Source: Parasitella parasitica NRRL 2501 (Eukaryota; Fungi; Mucoromycota). Taken from it: 64,000 nucleotides of DNA. Under the pieces are notes generated by a model. It did no database searches. It saw only the letters and a list, made by a program, of their open reading frames with translations, and was not told the DNA's origin. The stretch covers positions 26,119 to 90,118 of the forward strand of contig MU619367.1 in the NCBI GenBank assembly GCA_025201805.1. The letters run 5' to 3'. How positions within the stretch are numbered: the first letter of the stretch is position 1; each line of letters starts with the position of its first letter. Of this stretch, positions 1 to 12,598 are shown in pieces. Position numbers and translations under genes: made by a program.

Positions 1-188
1 ACACAGTGAATAAGCTGGAAGTTAAATTCTCTAGACTTTGGACGCAATGTCAGCGCTGTCAAGAGTCATTGCATCAAGACGTTATTTGTTCTAATAATGA
101 CTGTCCTATTTTTTACATGCGTAAAAAAGCGCAAAAAGACATGGACGAAGCTTCTGAGCGTTTAGATAGATTTAACTATGAGTGGTAA
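1..188 (+). CDS. POL3: DNA polymerase delta catalytic subunit, 3' end (partial)
   Basis: [32 protein letters not shown] is the CysB Fe-S motif at the Pol delta C-terminus; stop at 186-188. Confidence 0.95.
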   Translation, partial: TVNKLEVKFSRLWTQCQRCQESLHQDVICSNNDCPIFYMRKKAQKDMDEASERLDRFNYEW

Positions 189-271
189 ATAAAATGGACT
201 GTTAATTGTGTGTAGAAAAACTGTTTTGGTCAGCTACGCTTATTGCTTGTTTGATTAGAATATACAGCATT

Positions 272-774
272 ATGACTAAAAGACGTCTTGACGACAATGA
301 TTTTGTGAACAAATTACGTCAAAAGCAAAAGGAGGATCCTGAAATGAAACATCAAGCAGGTATTTGAACATAAGAAGGCTTCCATACTGTCATTCATCAA
401 AACATTTGTAGCTCAAAATACTCTTGCGTTGTTGATGCGAGCTCAGCACTCTACTGGAGTAGCTGCTCCAGCTAATGATCCAGAAACGCTACGCCAGTAT
501 TTAACCAGCCATAACCCAGCACCGAAAGTAGCAGTGTGCTATAAATGCCCCAATGCTACAATATACGATAGATGTAGTCATTGCGAACATGATTTATGCC
601 TAAATTGTCTACAGCAGTGCAATTCGTGCCAACAATTATACTGCACAACCTGTTCAAATATCAAGTTAAGTCCTTTACATTTCACGTAACTGCTTGAGCA
701 CTGACTGTATTCAAACAATTAGCTATTCTCAATCTTTAGAACAGGTTTTTTGCTTGTCATGTACGCAAGGTTGA
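272..774 (+). CDS. Small Cys-rich zinc-finger protein, Siva-like (exons 272-359, 412-664, 723-774)
   Basis: GT-AG introns 360-411 and 665-722 join an open frame ending CYKC..CSHCEHDLCLNCLQQCNSCQQLYCTTCSNINYSQSLEQVFCLSC, the Cys spacing of the Siva C-terminal domain. Confidence 0.7.
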
Positions 775-1193
775 TTGTTATACATTTTTTTTTTTTGTAA
801 TATACCACCGTAATCCTTGACATTTTCTAAATGAAAATTTAAAATCTATAGCACCTCACTCTGTAACAAATTGAACGCAAAGTTTATTAGTAGAAAGACG
901 TTTTCCTGAATAATGAGGAAGGACGCTGTAACAAAATAAGACCAAAATTCAAATCAACATTTTCAGGTACCAGAGATCCATCATCTTTTTACAGGTAGCA
1001 CGTCCAATAGAACTATGTTTTGTGAAAAAGGGATTATGGCTGTAAAAAAAAAAAAAAAAAAAATAGACAAATCATCTTTCCACAATCTATTGACTAATAG
1101 AGAACGCAATTAAGGTGCTCAAACATTGATATAAATTATAAAATCGCTCCTATACAGCGAGGATATCTATTTTACAGGTTAATCAAAGAGGAT

Positions 1194-1688
1194 TTGGCCT
1201 ACCAGATGATCTCTGTGAATTCTGTGGCTATCTTGAAACCACTGCTCATATGCTTTTTACTTGTCCTTCTCATCTGGAAATCTGGTCCAACTACTTCTCC
1301 TTGGTCTTTGTGCCCACTGGCGCTCTTGATATGAGTAAAGTTTATCAAGACGTCATGTCTCTCAATCTCTCCTCGAACTGTCTTCTAGATTCACCTCTCA
1401 AGGTGTCCGTCTTTGAAGCAGTTACCTGTGTTATCACAGCCATTTGGCGTGCCAAGTGGCGGGCCCATTTTGACAATGCTGATTTTGGCAACCAATCCGT
1501 CGTGGATCGTGCCATGATCAACTTGAGACACATATCGTCTTTAAACACTTTTTAACAATTTTCTTTGCCCTCTCAGGGCGGGTCACTTCATATTACACCC
1601 GCTCCTTTCAAATATTCAATTCAATAATATTTTTTTTTATGAGTTTATTTCTTAATAAATCTTCATACTTACAAACGAAAAAAAAAAA
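1194..1688 (+). mobile_element. 5'-truncated L1-like non-LTR retrotransposon (ORF2 zf-RVT end, 3'UTR, poly(A))
   Basis: Frame reads LCEFCGYLETTAHMLFTC...AIWRAKW (CCHC zf-RVT); A-tail 1678-1688; identical TAATCAAAGAGGAT at 1180-1193 and 1689-1702 is the TSD. Confidence 0.9.
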
Positions 1689-2451
1689 TAATCAAAGAGG
1701 ATACTTTTACTCCTGTTGAGATTCTCTAACATAATGCTGTTTCTGTAGTAAAGATTTCAGAATCATCTGTTTAATATCATACGAGAATTCACACTACTAA
1801 TACTACTCTGAGATTGGCTTTGAAACCTGTTATGCTTTCAAACTGTATATATATGCTTTACCGGCGAGCTCTTTTATCAATCGGGAAGCGAAACATGAAT
1901 AGCATATTTCCTGATTATTGTGGATAGACACATCACACTTGCACGAAGCTGTATGACGGAAAAATAAACGTAATGCAGACGAGTATACATTAAAGTACTT
2001 TGGTGGGATATAAGTTTGATTCAGGTAAATTCTGGATTATGTTTTAGTATTTGCCACTAAAATCCCTACTATTATTAGCAAATTACTCTTGATAGATAGG
2101 CCGCTTTAAATGAAGTTGTATCGACAAAATAATGGCAAGTTTCACAGACACAGCAAGCCATCTTACACAATCTCTTTTATATCATAATAACTTATGCACG
2201 ATAGTGTGATGTATGTTTTACTCACAAAAATTTACTATGATGTTAATGGAAAAGGCTCGCATTTTTAATAGTCAAAGTAGCTATTTGCGGCAGCCGATAA
2301 CTGCTTTATTAACAGAATACAAAAATCTTAAAAATTGCATATAAATGTTTACAGATTTTGACCAAGAGCAAAATCGGATAAATTGATTCAATTTTGAAAA
2401 CACAAACATCGCTATCAGAGCATATCTTGGTTTCCACTGGGCAATGTCTCT

Positions 2452-2852
2452 ATCAAAAGTTATCTGCAAAAACAGTTTTATTTTTCATTATTTATCATAA
2501 ATATCAGATATTTGGTTATAACTTTTGCTAAAATGATCGTAGAACCATGATCTAACTTGGAAAACTTAGCGCTGACTTGGCGCTATCTGGCAACAACATT
2601 GGCTTTCATGTTTTTATTGATATCTATACAGTTATCAGATGATATCACAAATTTATATATCAGAATTGCATATAATCGATGATAGGCTTCGATAAAGAAC
2701 AGAATAAATACTGTCTTATGCGCCATAAAAACAGGCATGATCATCGCTATTTGAGCATAACTTAATTTTGCTTGGGCGACCTGTTAATCAAAAGTTATCT
2801 GCAAAAACAGTTTTATTTTTCATTATTTATCATAAATATCAGATATTTGGTT
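2452..2852 (+). repeat. 66-bp direct repeat (2452-2517 and 2787-2852) in a TE-derived island
   Basis: ATCAAAAGTTATCTGCAAAAAC...AGATATTTGGTT occurs twice, identical. Confidence 0.9.
2508..2606 (+). repeat. Dispersed repeat, copy 1 (copy 2 at ~53507-53606)
   Basis: Shared TGCTAAAATGAT..GAACC..GATCTAAC.TGGAAAACTTAGCG.TGACTTGGC.CTATCTGGCAACAACATTGGCTTT. Confidence 0.85.
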
Positions 2853-4230
2853 TTAATCGGTCGCCCAAATTGCCGATGGCAAAATTTTTGGATTTTCGGG
2901 GTTTAAATATTGAAACCCCGCATTTTTCGAATTCAGGCATTCAGAAGTGAATGGCATTATTGATATTAGTATATGGAGATAGAAGGTTTTTTAAACTTTT
3001 CGAGTAAGATTTTGTAAAAAATAAAAACGAAATGTTTGTTTATGTTTAGAATATAGATCAAATCTCAGTGATAATGTGTTATACTTTGTATAATACATGA
3101 TAAAGGGAGCATGAGTAGAAACGTGTAGTAGAATGGAATGACTTTATTTAGACATGGTAAAGAGACGTTAGTGGCCATATCCTATGACATTTGATTTCTG
3201 AAATCGGTGTTAAATCTTGATGAATGTTCCTCCACCAAAGGTTTACTATGAAGGACATTGATGTGTCAATTTTCCAACCGGAAGTCAAACTCAAGTAAAC
3301 TCAATACTAAACACAATTCAGGAACTTATCCCAATGGATCATGTTCCTTATTTATAAGTCAACATGACATGTTCATGGACAATAAGATACAATCTATCGT
3401 TCCATTCTCTAAATCACACCATGTCTCACACTTGTATCTTATCCTCCCATCAGTCCACTTAGATTCACTAGTATATAAATCATCATTTTTTCCATATTGT
3501 GGAATCGGTATAAATTGTTATATGGATTCACGGAAAAAAACTATAATAAAAAAACAATAAAGTCAACTTGATAAAGGTGTGGATATAATATCCATACTTC
3601 ATACATCGATCATCATTTCATGCTATATTTGAATCATGAGTGTACTACTCAATAGATATTATCAAATGTGTACATAGTCGGAAGAATAGAATAACCAACA
3701 TATAAGATAAGAAATGAATCTTAACAAATCACAATACATGCAAGTCAATGTATAATATAGCCTGATATTTTGATCAAAGATCTTAATCCAATAGTGAGGC
3801 TACATGAATAGATAGAATATTCTTTGAAGATTGATAATGATTGAGATGTGATAGTGGAAACTATATAAAGAGGGCGTCAATCTGTAATGATTAGAGTTCT
3901 CCATGTCGGTTTTCGCCTATTAATTGAAGGTTGAATCTCATCTCAATTCCAATATTGACACTGACATTCAAATGGAATTGTATAAAGACTTTTAGAAACC
4001 AGGACCAGAGCAATCCTGGCTTCCTTTTCAATCTTTAATAAAGACCCTACGTTCTCCGTGATATAATCGCTTGTAGTCTCTTTATTTAATTGTCTTTGGA
4101 AATAATCGTTATTCATATAACTCTCACTCCAGTCTGAACTAAATAATAAATCTATACGTTATCTAGTTGACTTATCTTGTTTTTTTATACTTTTTTTCTG
4201 TGAATATCCTTACATCAAGCATATTCCACA

Positions 4231-5011
4231 AAAGGTATAGGTTTTATTATCAAATCGACAGGTGTATAAAGCTCCAGTTCATCTACTGGCCAGGTAGATG
4301 AACCTTTATATACTTAAACTGTGGATAAATGTTCTATTCTCGCAATTTAACATGTACGACAATACTGCGTAACTAGCATCTTAACTTTGTGCTAACCTAC
4401 ATATCAGCAGACTCAAGATGATAACTTAAATATATTTGAGTCAGGAGATAGACTTTACCCGAGGTAGTACCCTGATCAATCTTCTATGCGAAGATTATTA
4501 ATATCGATCCATAAGCGTATATCATTCCTTGTATAGTCTTATCCAGTCTATATTAATAGTACATGTCTGAGTGTATATCACTTGGTATTCATCTTAGCAT
4601 ATATCGGTATATGTAGCACGTCTATAGCATGTCATAAGCATATCTATAGCATTGCACATATTGTACAAGTCTGTAGTACATGATGTATCTGTAGCTAGTA
4701 TCATGGATATAAGTATATGTCTTGTAGTGCGTATCTAGAAACTGGGAATACGCATCTGAAGCATAGATCTTATATAGCATAAGCTCGTAGCATATACTAA
4801 ATCTAGTAAATGTCTAAGGCTCGTGTCGAGATATAAGTATCAGTCTATAGCGTCATCCATCCTAATGGTGCCGTCTCTAGCTTATATCTTATATAGTATA
4901 AATCTGTATTGCACATCTTATTATCTGTGCGCATATGTAGTTTATATCAATTTAAGGTAACTGGATGAATCTAGAAGTGGAATGCAGATCATCATGGTGA
5001 ATGTATTTCAC
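4231..5011 (+). repeat. ~750-bp non-coding dispersed repeat, copy A (probable TE internal/terminal region)
   Basis: Colinear reverse complement of 38579-39287, with many exact blocks (e.g. GAAGATTATTAATATCGATCCATAAGCGTATATCATT). Confidence 0.9.
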
Positions 5012-5779
5012 ACATGTAATAAACGAGATCTTTACCTGATTAATTCACAACCGTTTTATTTGAATAATTCCTCATTCTGATAAATCGGACATTTTATCCT
5101 TTATACGGAGCTGTGCTCTTGCTTGATTGATAACTCGGAAACTCTTATCCACAAAGCTTCTAGGGATTGGTTCAAGGCGTAACCAATGATCCCCCATCCT
5201 AGATCGTGGTCCTATTGCTGCGGCACTGTCAAATAACTATAAACACCTTCAAAACGTACATTAGTTTAAATCCTCATTCTATCTTGGAATAGCAAAATAA
5301 ATATATTCAATTCTAAACGTATTTTGTTAGATAAAAAAAAAGATAATGAAAACCAAATGTTAACGAGATACGAAAACTTAAAGACACTTTATTTAAGATC
5401 GAAATTGCATACATGCTATTTATACTTTTTACAACTACATAAATTTATGACGACTTATTTAGATTACTAATTGACAAGACTAATTCACAGTGACAATCTA
5501 CTTGACAGGGTACGATGTAAGGTTATACAACAAGGGCTACACGCCTTTAATCTGACAGTGCCTTAACCTTTATCCTGGTGCTCAGATCTGTGGTACTTAC
5601 AGGAATAACCTTCTTGATTTGAAACAGAGACTTTATTCTCCAATTTACACAACAAGCGTATCACAGCACATCATTGGACAATCTTCAATCTTCAATTGAA
5701 GTACATTGCCATGATCTCCTGTCTATAGTTATGGCAGATCATATTTTTCTGTCTGTATTTCGTTATTCTAAACAGTTTA

Positions 5780-6850
5780 TATTAGCGTAATATAACAAAA
5801 TTATGATTTTCAAAAATTACCAAATTTAAAACGGTAATTTGTTGGTTTATAGTAAAATGAAGTGTTGGGGGAAGAAGAGAAGAAATGTGAAATGTTGATG
5901 AATGGGTGAGTTTTATAGATCCAATGCGACCCAACGGTTGCATGAATAGAATGAAATGCGCTGCAATCCATATCAATATCTTTTCATACAAAGTTATTTT
6001 TATGAGGACACACTTTGTCATTATAGCTAAACATTGAACTTGGTATGTGTTACCAAGGTATGCGTTTTTGAACACCTACTGGTATTTAACATACAGTATC
6101 TTTACGAAGCTTGAATTCAGCAAGCCAAAGCCAATTTTCTCTATTTTGCAAAATATTCGTAGGCCTAATTCTCAACAAAGTATCATCAAGACACTTTGAC
6201 TCAAGTCGTCATTAGAATCTGCTTGCAACAAATTGTGTAGTAGAGATAAAGAATATTAGCAAAACAGTTTTTTCATATAGTCTTTATGGACAGCTGATGA
6301 ATTTTAAAAGTTCTCATGGATTTCAAAGCGATAAATGGTAAATGAAATTATTGCTTTGAGAGATGCAAATAGTTCTAATTGAGTTCGATTAAATCCTTTT
6401 TGTTTTGTTGAAAAGCGATAATTCCAGTTAAAGTAAAAATCATCTGTTCAACAAAGTCGAGACAAGATTTTGGATTTATGGGTATTTGTCTGTTCAAAAT
6501 ACAAGTGCTTTCGGTAAACAAAAATTCATTAAAAACGTGGAAACATAAAGCTGAGATTGATATGCAGCTTGATATCAATACATCAGTATTCAGAGTATCT
6601 AATTTCAATTGAAGAGTGCGACATAATCCTGACTGATAAATTGTAAGTGTCTTGATATAAACCAGCAACTGAGATGCTGCAGAATATATTCTCGCGAGCC
6701 ATGGTATGTAGCTTCATTTATGGGTTGAAATAAATACGCTAGTCTACAATATTGCTTAAAAATCTGATTAGCAATGTATACTATCTGTGAAATTATGGAG
6801 TTATTTATGTGCCTCTTCATCATGACCAAGTTTCTCTAGTACTTTTTGTC
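5780..6850 (-). pseudogene. Degenerate, frameshifted Leu/Ile-rich coding remnant (possibly F-box/LRR-like lineage-specific family)
   Basis: Overlapping short minus-strand ORFs in different frames; no diagnostic motif. Confidence 0.25.
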
Positions 6851-7185
6851 GTTAACTCTGAAATATCAAGACTAGGGGCTATATACGGCAGTTTGAGCAT
6901 TTAATCTTGCTATATCTATAGGAAGTTTCGGTTTGTATTGATGATCAGACGAAAGCTCATATATAAATCGATCCGCCATGATGAACATGACTTTAGGCTA
7001 ATGTTTTCACAATTGCAAAGCAGCATTGTCTATTTTCTGAAAAATTGCGTTGTTGAAAGGGATAAGAATCATGTCGATTTGCAATCAAAGGCAGTCAATT
7101 CACAACTCAGCTTCTCTTGGTTGAATAACTTACATGGCCCTGTCGGTTGTCATTATTTTATTTCTTTTTCCATACAGGCTCCACC

Positions 7186-8103
7186 ATGTTTGTACGAACG
7201 ACCACCACAGCACGGTGTCTTGCGACTCAGCAACTAAGAAGCTATGCCACCAAAAGAAAGGCAGCGTTCAGAGAGGATCCAAACGCTGTCGATTTGAAGC
7301 AAGCTGTCAACATCCTTAAAGCCTTTGAAGTCGGCAACCCCAATCACCAAATAGAAGCCCACGTCCAGTGTAAAATCGAGAAATCAACACCACTTATCCG
7401 TGGCTCGCTTGTTTTACCCAAGAGTATCAAGCAAGAAGCTACCATCTTGGTTTTTGCCACTGGCAAGAAAGCAGAGGAAGCCAAGGCAGCCGGTGCTCAT
7501 TTCGTTGGCGGTGAAGAGTTGATTGAGAAGGTGCAGGCTGGTGCACTCAAGTTTGACAAATGCATCGCTACCCCTCAAATGTTCCCTTCAGTTACCAAGA
7601 TTGCTCGTATTTTGGGCCCCAAGGGTTTAATGCCTACCGTCAAAAAGGGTAAGCATGGGCATTGTAGATTCAGCCAAGTTGTATTAATTGATCTGTAGGC
7701 ACTGTTACTGACGACATTTCCAACACTGTTCGTACATCCAAGAGTTCGTTCGATTTTAAGGCAGATAAGCACGGTGTTTTACACACAGGTAAATTTTGGG
7801 AAGGGGAGAGAGGGGGGGGGGATGGGAGGCAGAAAACGAGGAAATTTATCGAGTATTTTGGTTCAATAAAGGCATTGGCAAGATCAATTTTGAAGCTGAG
7901 GACATTGAGGCCAATCTCAAAGCCATTCTTGAGGAACTGAGAGTTTTCGGAAAGGCCAACAACTTGAAAGGTAAATTACACAGCGAGATTAAGAGCATTT
8001 TGAAAAGCAACTGACACGCAAAATGGTAGCAATGATCCAAAATGTGATTCTGTCTTCCACTCGTGGACCTGGTATTGCCATTGTTGGCGGATCAGTTCTA
8101 TAA
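7186..8103 (+). CDS. MRPL1: Mitochondrial ribosomal protein uL1m (4 exons)
   Basis: Presequence-like N-terminus; IRGSLVLP, AGAHFVGGEELI, ARILGPKGLMP and LSSTRGPG motifs; introns 7649-7698, 7789-7871, 7970-8028. Confidence 0.93.
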
Positions 8104-8322
8104 ATCTTTCTATAATTGTAATAAAAAAAAAATGCATGTAATTATCTCTATGCCTAAGCCTTCCAGTGTTGAGTGACTAACCTGCCTCAACACACAAGAA
8201 CCAGGGTTGCTTAAAGGGAAATGGAGTGTGAAATGTTTTTTTTTACAGAGAAGGGAGGGGGACCTTATTGTGTCTGTAGAGTGTTTCTTTCTCTCTTTTT
8301 GCATACTATTCAATAGCAAAAT

Positions 8323-9222
8323 ATGGCGGCCTCATTATTAAGAAATGTTTGCAGACTCCAATTCAGCCGCCAGCTCGCTGTTCGTTCATTCAGCTCAACA
8401 GCCACCCCTGCCACTTCGCATGGTTTGCTTCGACTCAAAGAGTATTATGATAGTACCCTGTCAGAGGATTTATTAGTGTTGGGCTATGATCACACCCGCG
8501 TTGCGCCTCCCACTTCCAGATATCCTGACATTGAAGCCCAAATCGAGAGAGCTTTAGATGCCCCTTCAACCACCAAATCAGCAGAATCAGTCAAGGATAG
8601 CTCATCCGATGCAGTTCGCACTCGCAAGGGTGGCAAACCTGTCAAACCTATTCATCCCCTCAAGAGTGCAAAGGTCATTCCTAAGCTCGATAAAATCACC
8701 CTCCATTCCATGGTCAAAGACTCTATTCATAGCAAAAGTCATTTATTATCAGCTTTTATGGCGTTTCAAAGTATTACAGGCGTCCGACCTGATGTAGTAT
8801 ATGCAAGAAATTCTGTGGCTAATTGGAAGTTGCGGTAAGGAAACTGATGATAGGTCGCAGGAGGTAGTCTATGAGCTGACACATGTGTTTGTTTCCATAG
8901 TGAGGGTATGCCTGTAGGCGTTAAAGTGACACTTCGTGGCGAGGAAATGTATCAATTCATGGACAAATTGATTGAAATTGTTCTTCCCCGTCTAAAAGAG
9001 TGGCCTGGCCTCTCGATGACAGCAGGCGATGGCAATGGCAATATTGCACTTGGATTTCCTCCGTCTGCCCTTGCCCTTTTCCCCGAAATTGAAGGCTCGT
9101 TTGATGTCTATCCCAAGATGACTGGATTCGATGTTATCTTCAACACGACTGCCTACACAAACACTGACGGTCGTTTGCTACTTTCTGCTTTCTCTGTACC
9201 TTTTAAAAACGCCAAAAAATAG
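8323..9222 (+). CDS. Mitochondrial ribosomal protein uL5m (yeast MRPL7-like)
   Basis: SVANWKLR|EGMPVGVKVTLRGEEMYQF and GDGNGN L5 motifs; intron 8835-8900. Confidence 0.93.
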
Positions 9223-9473
9223 ACGATATTCCTGTAATAAATAAACAAATGAGTGTAGACAATTTATACATGTACAAAACATCACTTTAGCAATGATCAC
9301 CGATGGTGGTACAACAATCGGTTCTGGATGGTACTTTTTAGAACAAAAAAAAAAAAAAAAATAGCACTGATGGCATTTTTTCCCTTTTATTTATCTGTAA
9401 CAATTGTGTCCTTTTTCTTTCTTTCTTTTCTTTTCTTTTCTCTATCTCTCTTTCTCTCGTTATTAACGTCAGC

Positions 9474-9562
9474 ATGCTGCTCAAAAAGCGACAGGGCTTC
9501 AAGTTTGCCAGCAATGAAAGCCACATGACAACATCTGTAGACAAGGTGCTTCGGTACACTAG

Positions 9563-9594
<32 letters not shown>

Positions 9595-12168
9595 GCAACA
9601 GCAAACAGGAACAGCCTGAAGACATTCTAGCAGACAGCATTATATTCCAGTTTGAAAAGCCCCCCATTTGGAAGAGAAAACGGTTTCATTTCATCATTGG
9701 TCTGTCTGTGGGCCTAATTGCAGCCTACGGTGCCTCAACAACGCCTGTCGCTCAAACGCATTTGAATGATCTGCAGTCGTATTTATCGTTGCAGTTGTCT
9801 GAGATGGATTGGGAGAGGATTATGCCTGTAACCGATATGGTGGACGAGCTGTTTGGAAATGTGACAAACTTCTTTACGCCTACGCCATCCACCGACCAGC
9901 CGTTCATGCCTGCATTGGAATACAGAGAGACGTTGGACCTGAAACCCCATTTCCCCGTGGTGCTGATTCCAGGCATCATTTCGTCAGGCTTAGAAAGCTG
10001 GGGCACACTCGAAAAATCGAAAAGGTTTTTTAGAAAGAGAATGTGGGGCACTACCAGTAACGTATTCATTGTTTTTTTTTTTCATGTCTGCGATGCTGTT
10101 GATTGATCCGTTTTGCGAAAAGCCATGTTTAGATCCGTTTTACTTGATAAAGAGCTTTGGACAGAGCATCTAAAACTTGATCCCGTCACAGGCTTGGACC
10201 CTCCTGGCATTAAAATCCGGGCTGCTCAAGGTAATATGCAATCGCAGCCTTCACAGACAGACATTCTAAAACACCCAGTGTGTAGGCTTGGATGCTGCTG
10301 ATTATTTCGTAACCGGGTATGTGCATAGTGGGACTCCAACGTAGATTTCTTGCTGATAAACATGTGAATTCTAGTTACTGGATCTGGGCTAAAATCATCG
10401 AAAATCTTGCCTATATCGGCTACGACAACAACAACATGCATCTGGCAAGCTATGACTGGAGACTATCATTTTCGAATCTTGAAATACGAGACCAGTACTT
10501 TTCAAAACTACAATCCATGATTGAAATTTCAAAAAAGAGCTCTGGCGTTTCTGCCGTTATTGTCACACACTCGATGGGTAAAAAAAAAAAAAAAAAAAAA
10601 TTATAGGGTTCAGGTTATTTGACGGTATTAAATATTCCTGATTAGGATCTTCCATGTTTCCCTATTTTTTAAGGTGGGTTCAGAGTCCAGAAGGAGGCAA
10701 TGGAGGCAATGATTGGACAGAAAAGCACATTGCTTCATTTGTCAATATTGCTGGCCCGATGGTGGGCGTACCCAAAGCACTAACTGCCATGTTGTCAGGT
10801 GAGACCAGAGACACAATGTCACTGGGCAGCTTTGGTGCATATCTGCTGGAAAAGTTCTTTTCGCGAAGGGAAAGAGCGTCTCTAATGCGTACGTGGAGTG
10901 GAGGAAGCTCAATGTTACTCAAAGGAGGCGAGACAATCTGGGGTAATCAGACATTTGCTCCTGATGACGAAGCAAATTCTCAACAGCATTCATTTGGAAG
11001 CATATTATCATTCACAAAGACAAGCGAGGGCGAGCCAACTGCGCAGGAAAAGGACCAGAATCATACGGCCAAAAAGATGGTGAATAAAGACATTGACCAG
11101 AATTTCAGTGCGAACGAATCGATGGAGTTGCTGTATTCAGTAGCTTCCCCAGACTACAGTCGTATGCTTAGGTCAAATTACTCTTTCGGTATCACTACAT
11201 CTAAGAAGCAGTTGGAGAAGAACAACAACGATTCTAGAAAGTGGTCGAACCCTTTGGAATCCCAATTGCCAATAGGTATGATAGTATGCTGTATTTGAGC
11301 CATGTATTCCTGACAACTAGCCCTTCCCCCCCCCCGCTTTATGTGCACTCTATTATAGCGCCCAGCATGAAGATCTACTGCTTGTACGGTGTTGGCTTGC
11401 CTACAGAGAGAGGTTATTATTATACCAAAGCCAAAGATGATATCAGCAAGACACATGCAGACTGCGACACAGACTGCGAATTTGACGTTTCAGCCCTATT
11501 AAATGGAGCTGACATCAAGGAAGAGGAATTTATAAATGCAGTCGTGCAAAAATCCATCAAAGAGTCTGGTCAAGATGATAAGCACAGCGACGAAAGCATG
11601 CCACAGTCATCTCCCATTGTAGGTATTTTAGCAAAGACACGGATAGACACATGTATTTAAACATCTTGGTTTTGCACAGTACATTGACGGCGTTATGCAT
11701 GAGCCTGCAAGAGGTGTCGAGATGGGTGTCCGATTTGCAGACGGGTAATGTAAATGTCAATATGCACAATTGCTCGTATTAACGTCAAGTTGTATAGTGA
11801 TGGCACAGTGCCTGTTTTATCATTAGGTTTCATGTGCGCTCCGTCTGGTGGGTGGACTAAACATGCCAATTTGTATAATCCAGGGCGTAGTCCAGTCTTG
11901 CTCAAGGAGTATTTGCACGAGCAAAGCGACAGCAAGTTGGATGTCCGGGGTGGCTCAAGAGCTGGCGATCATGTGGATATTCTTGGTAATTGGGAAATGA
12001 CAGTAAGTCTCCTATCTATTTACTTGATATATCCCCTTATTGACTTTGCACTGTATATAGCTGGATATTTTGCAAATTGTCTCCAACAAGGGCAAAAACA
12101 TTACTGAGCGCATTTTCTCCAACATTGAGCAGTATGCACAAAAAATTAATATCAAGCCATTACCCTAA
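9474..12168 (+). CDS. LRO1: Phospholipid:diacylglycerol acyltransferase (PDAT)
   Basis: N-terminal TM, PVVLIPGIISSGLESW, FRKRMWG, YDWRLS, HSMG nucleophile, DGDGTV, HVDILG; multi-exon. Confidence 0.93.
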
Positions 12169-12540
12169 TAATAACAAGTACAATTCATTATACATAATAT
12201 TCAATATCAAATGCAAGGGATTTCTTTTGTGTTGTATACATAAACAACATACAAGGGGACATCATACTTGTTTGAAGGAGAATTTCAAGATTTGTTTGAG
12301 AGGTGTGCTTTTTTATTACAGCGCAGAAAAAATCAAGGAGCATATTGGCAACCAGTTTGGTTGACTTGGTAATTTAGTTTGCAATTCACCCCTAAGGTGC
12401 ACCGCAGATTTGTTTTGTGCCATGTTTTATTGTTGTATCTATAGCACAGGACTATCCAAAACGTATCATAAATCTTGTTTATTGCCCTTATAAATCCGTG
12501 TATGTGTGTGGTGTGTACAAATACCCCTTTTTAAGCTCTT

Positions 12541-12544
<4 letters not shown>

Positions 12545-12583
<39 letters not shown>
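12545..12583. repeat. (TC)n microsatellite just upstream of the kinesin ATG
   Basis: Direct read. Confidence 0.85.
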
Positions 12584-12598
12584 TTCTTCAAGCAACAA

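Noticed and set aside
3000-4200. Possible degenerate transposase on the minus strand
   Set aside because: Short coding-like stretches but no recognisable DDE, YR or Rep/Hel motif
5161-5205. Hairpin followed by CTAG as a Helitron 3' end
   Set aside because: CTAG is followed by A rather than T, and no 5' TC end or Rep/Hel sequence was found
1700-7100. Possible centromere/pericentromere (gene-poor, AT-rich, LINE fragment)
   Set aside because: Short, explained by mixed TE debris, and no centromeric motif could be verified by eye
7186-9222. uL1m-uL5m tandem as an organellar operon relic
   Set aside because: Both have spliceosomal introns and targeting presequences, and rplA and rplE are not neighbours in bacterial operons
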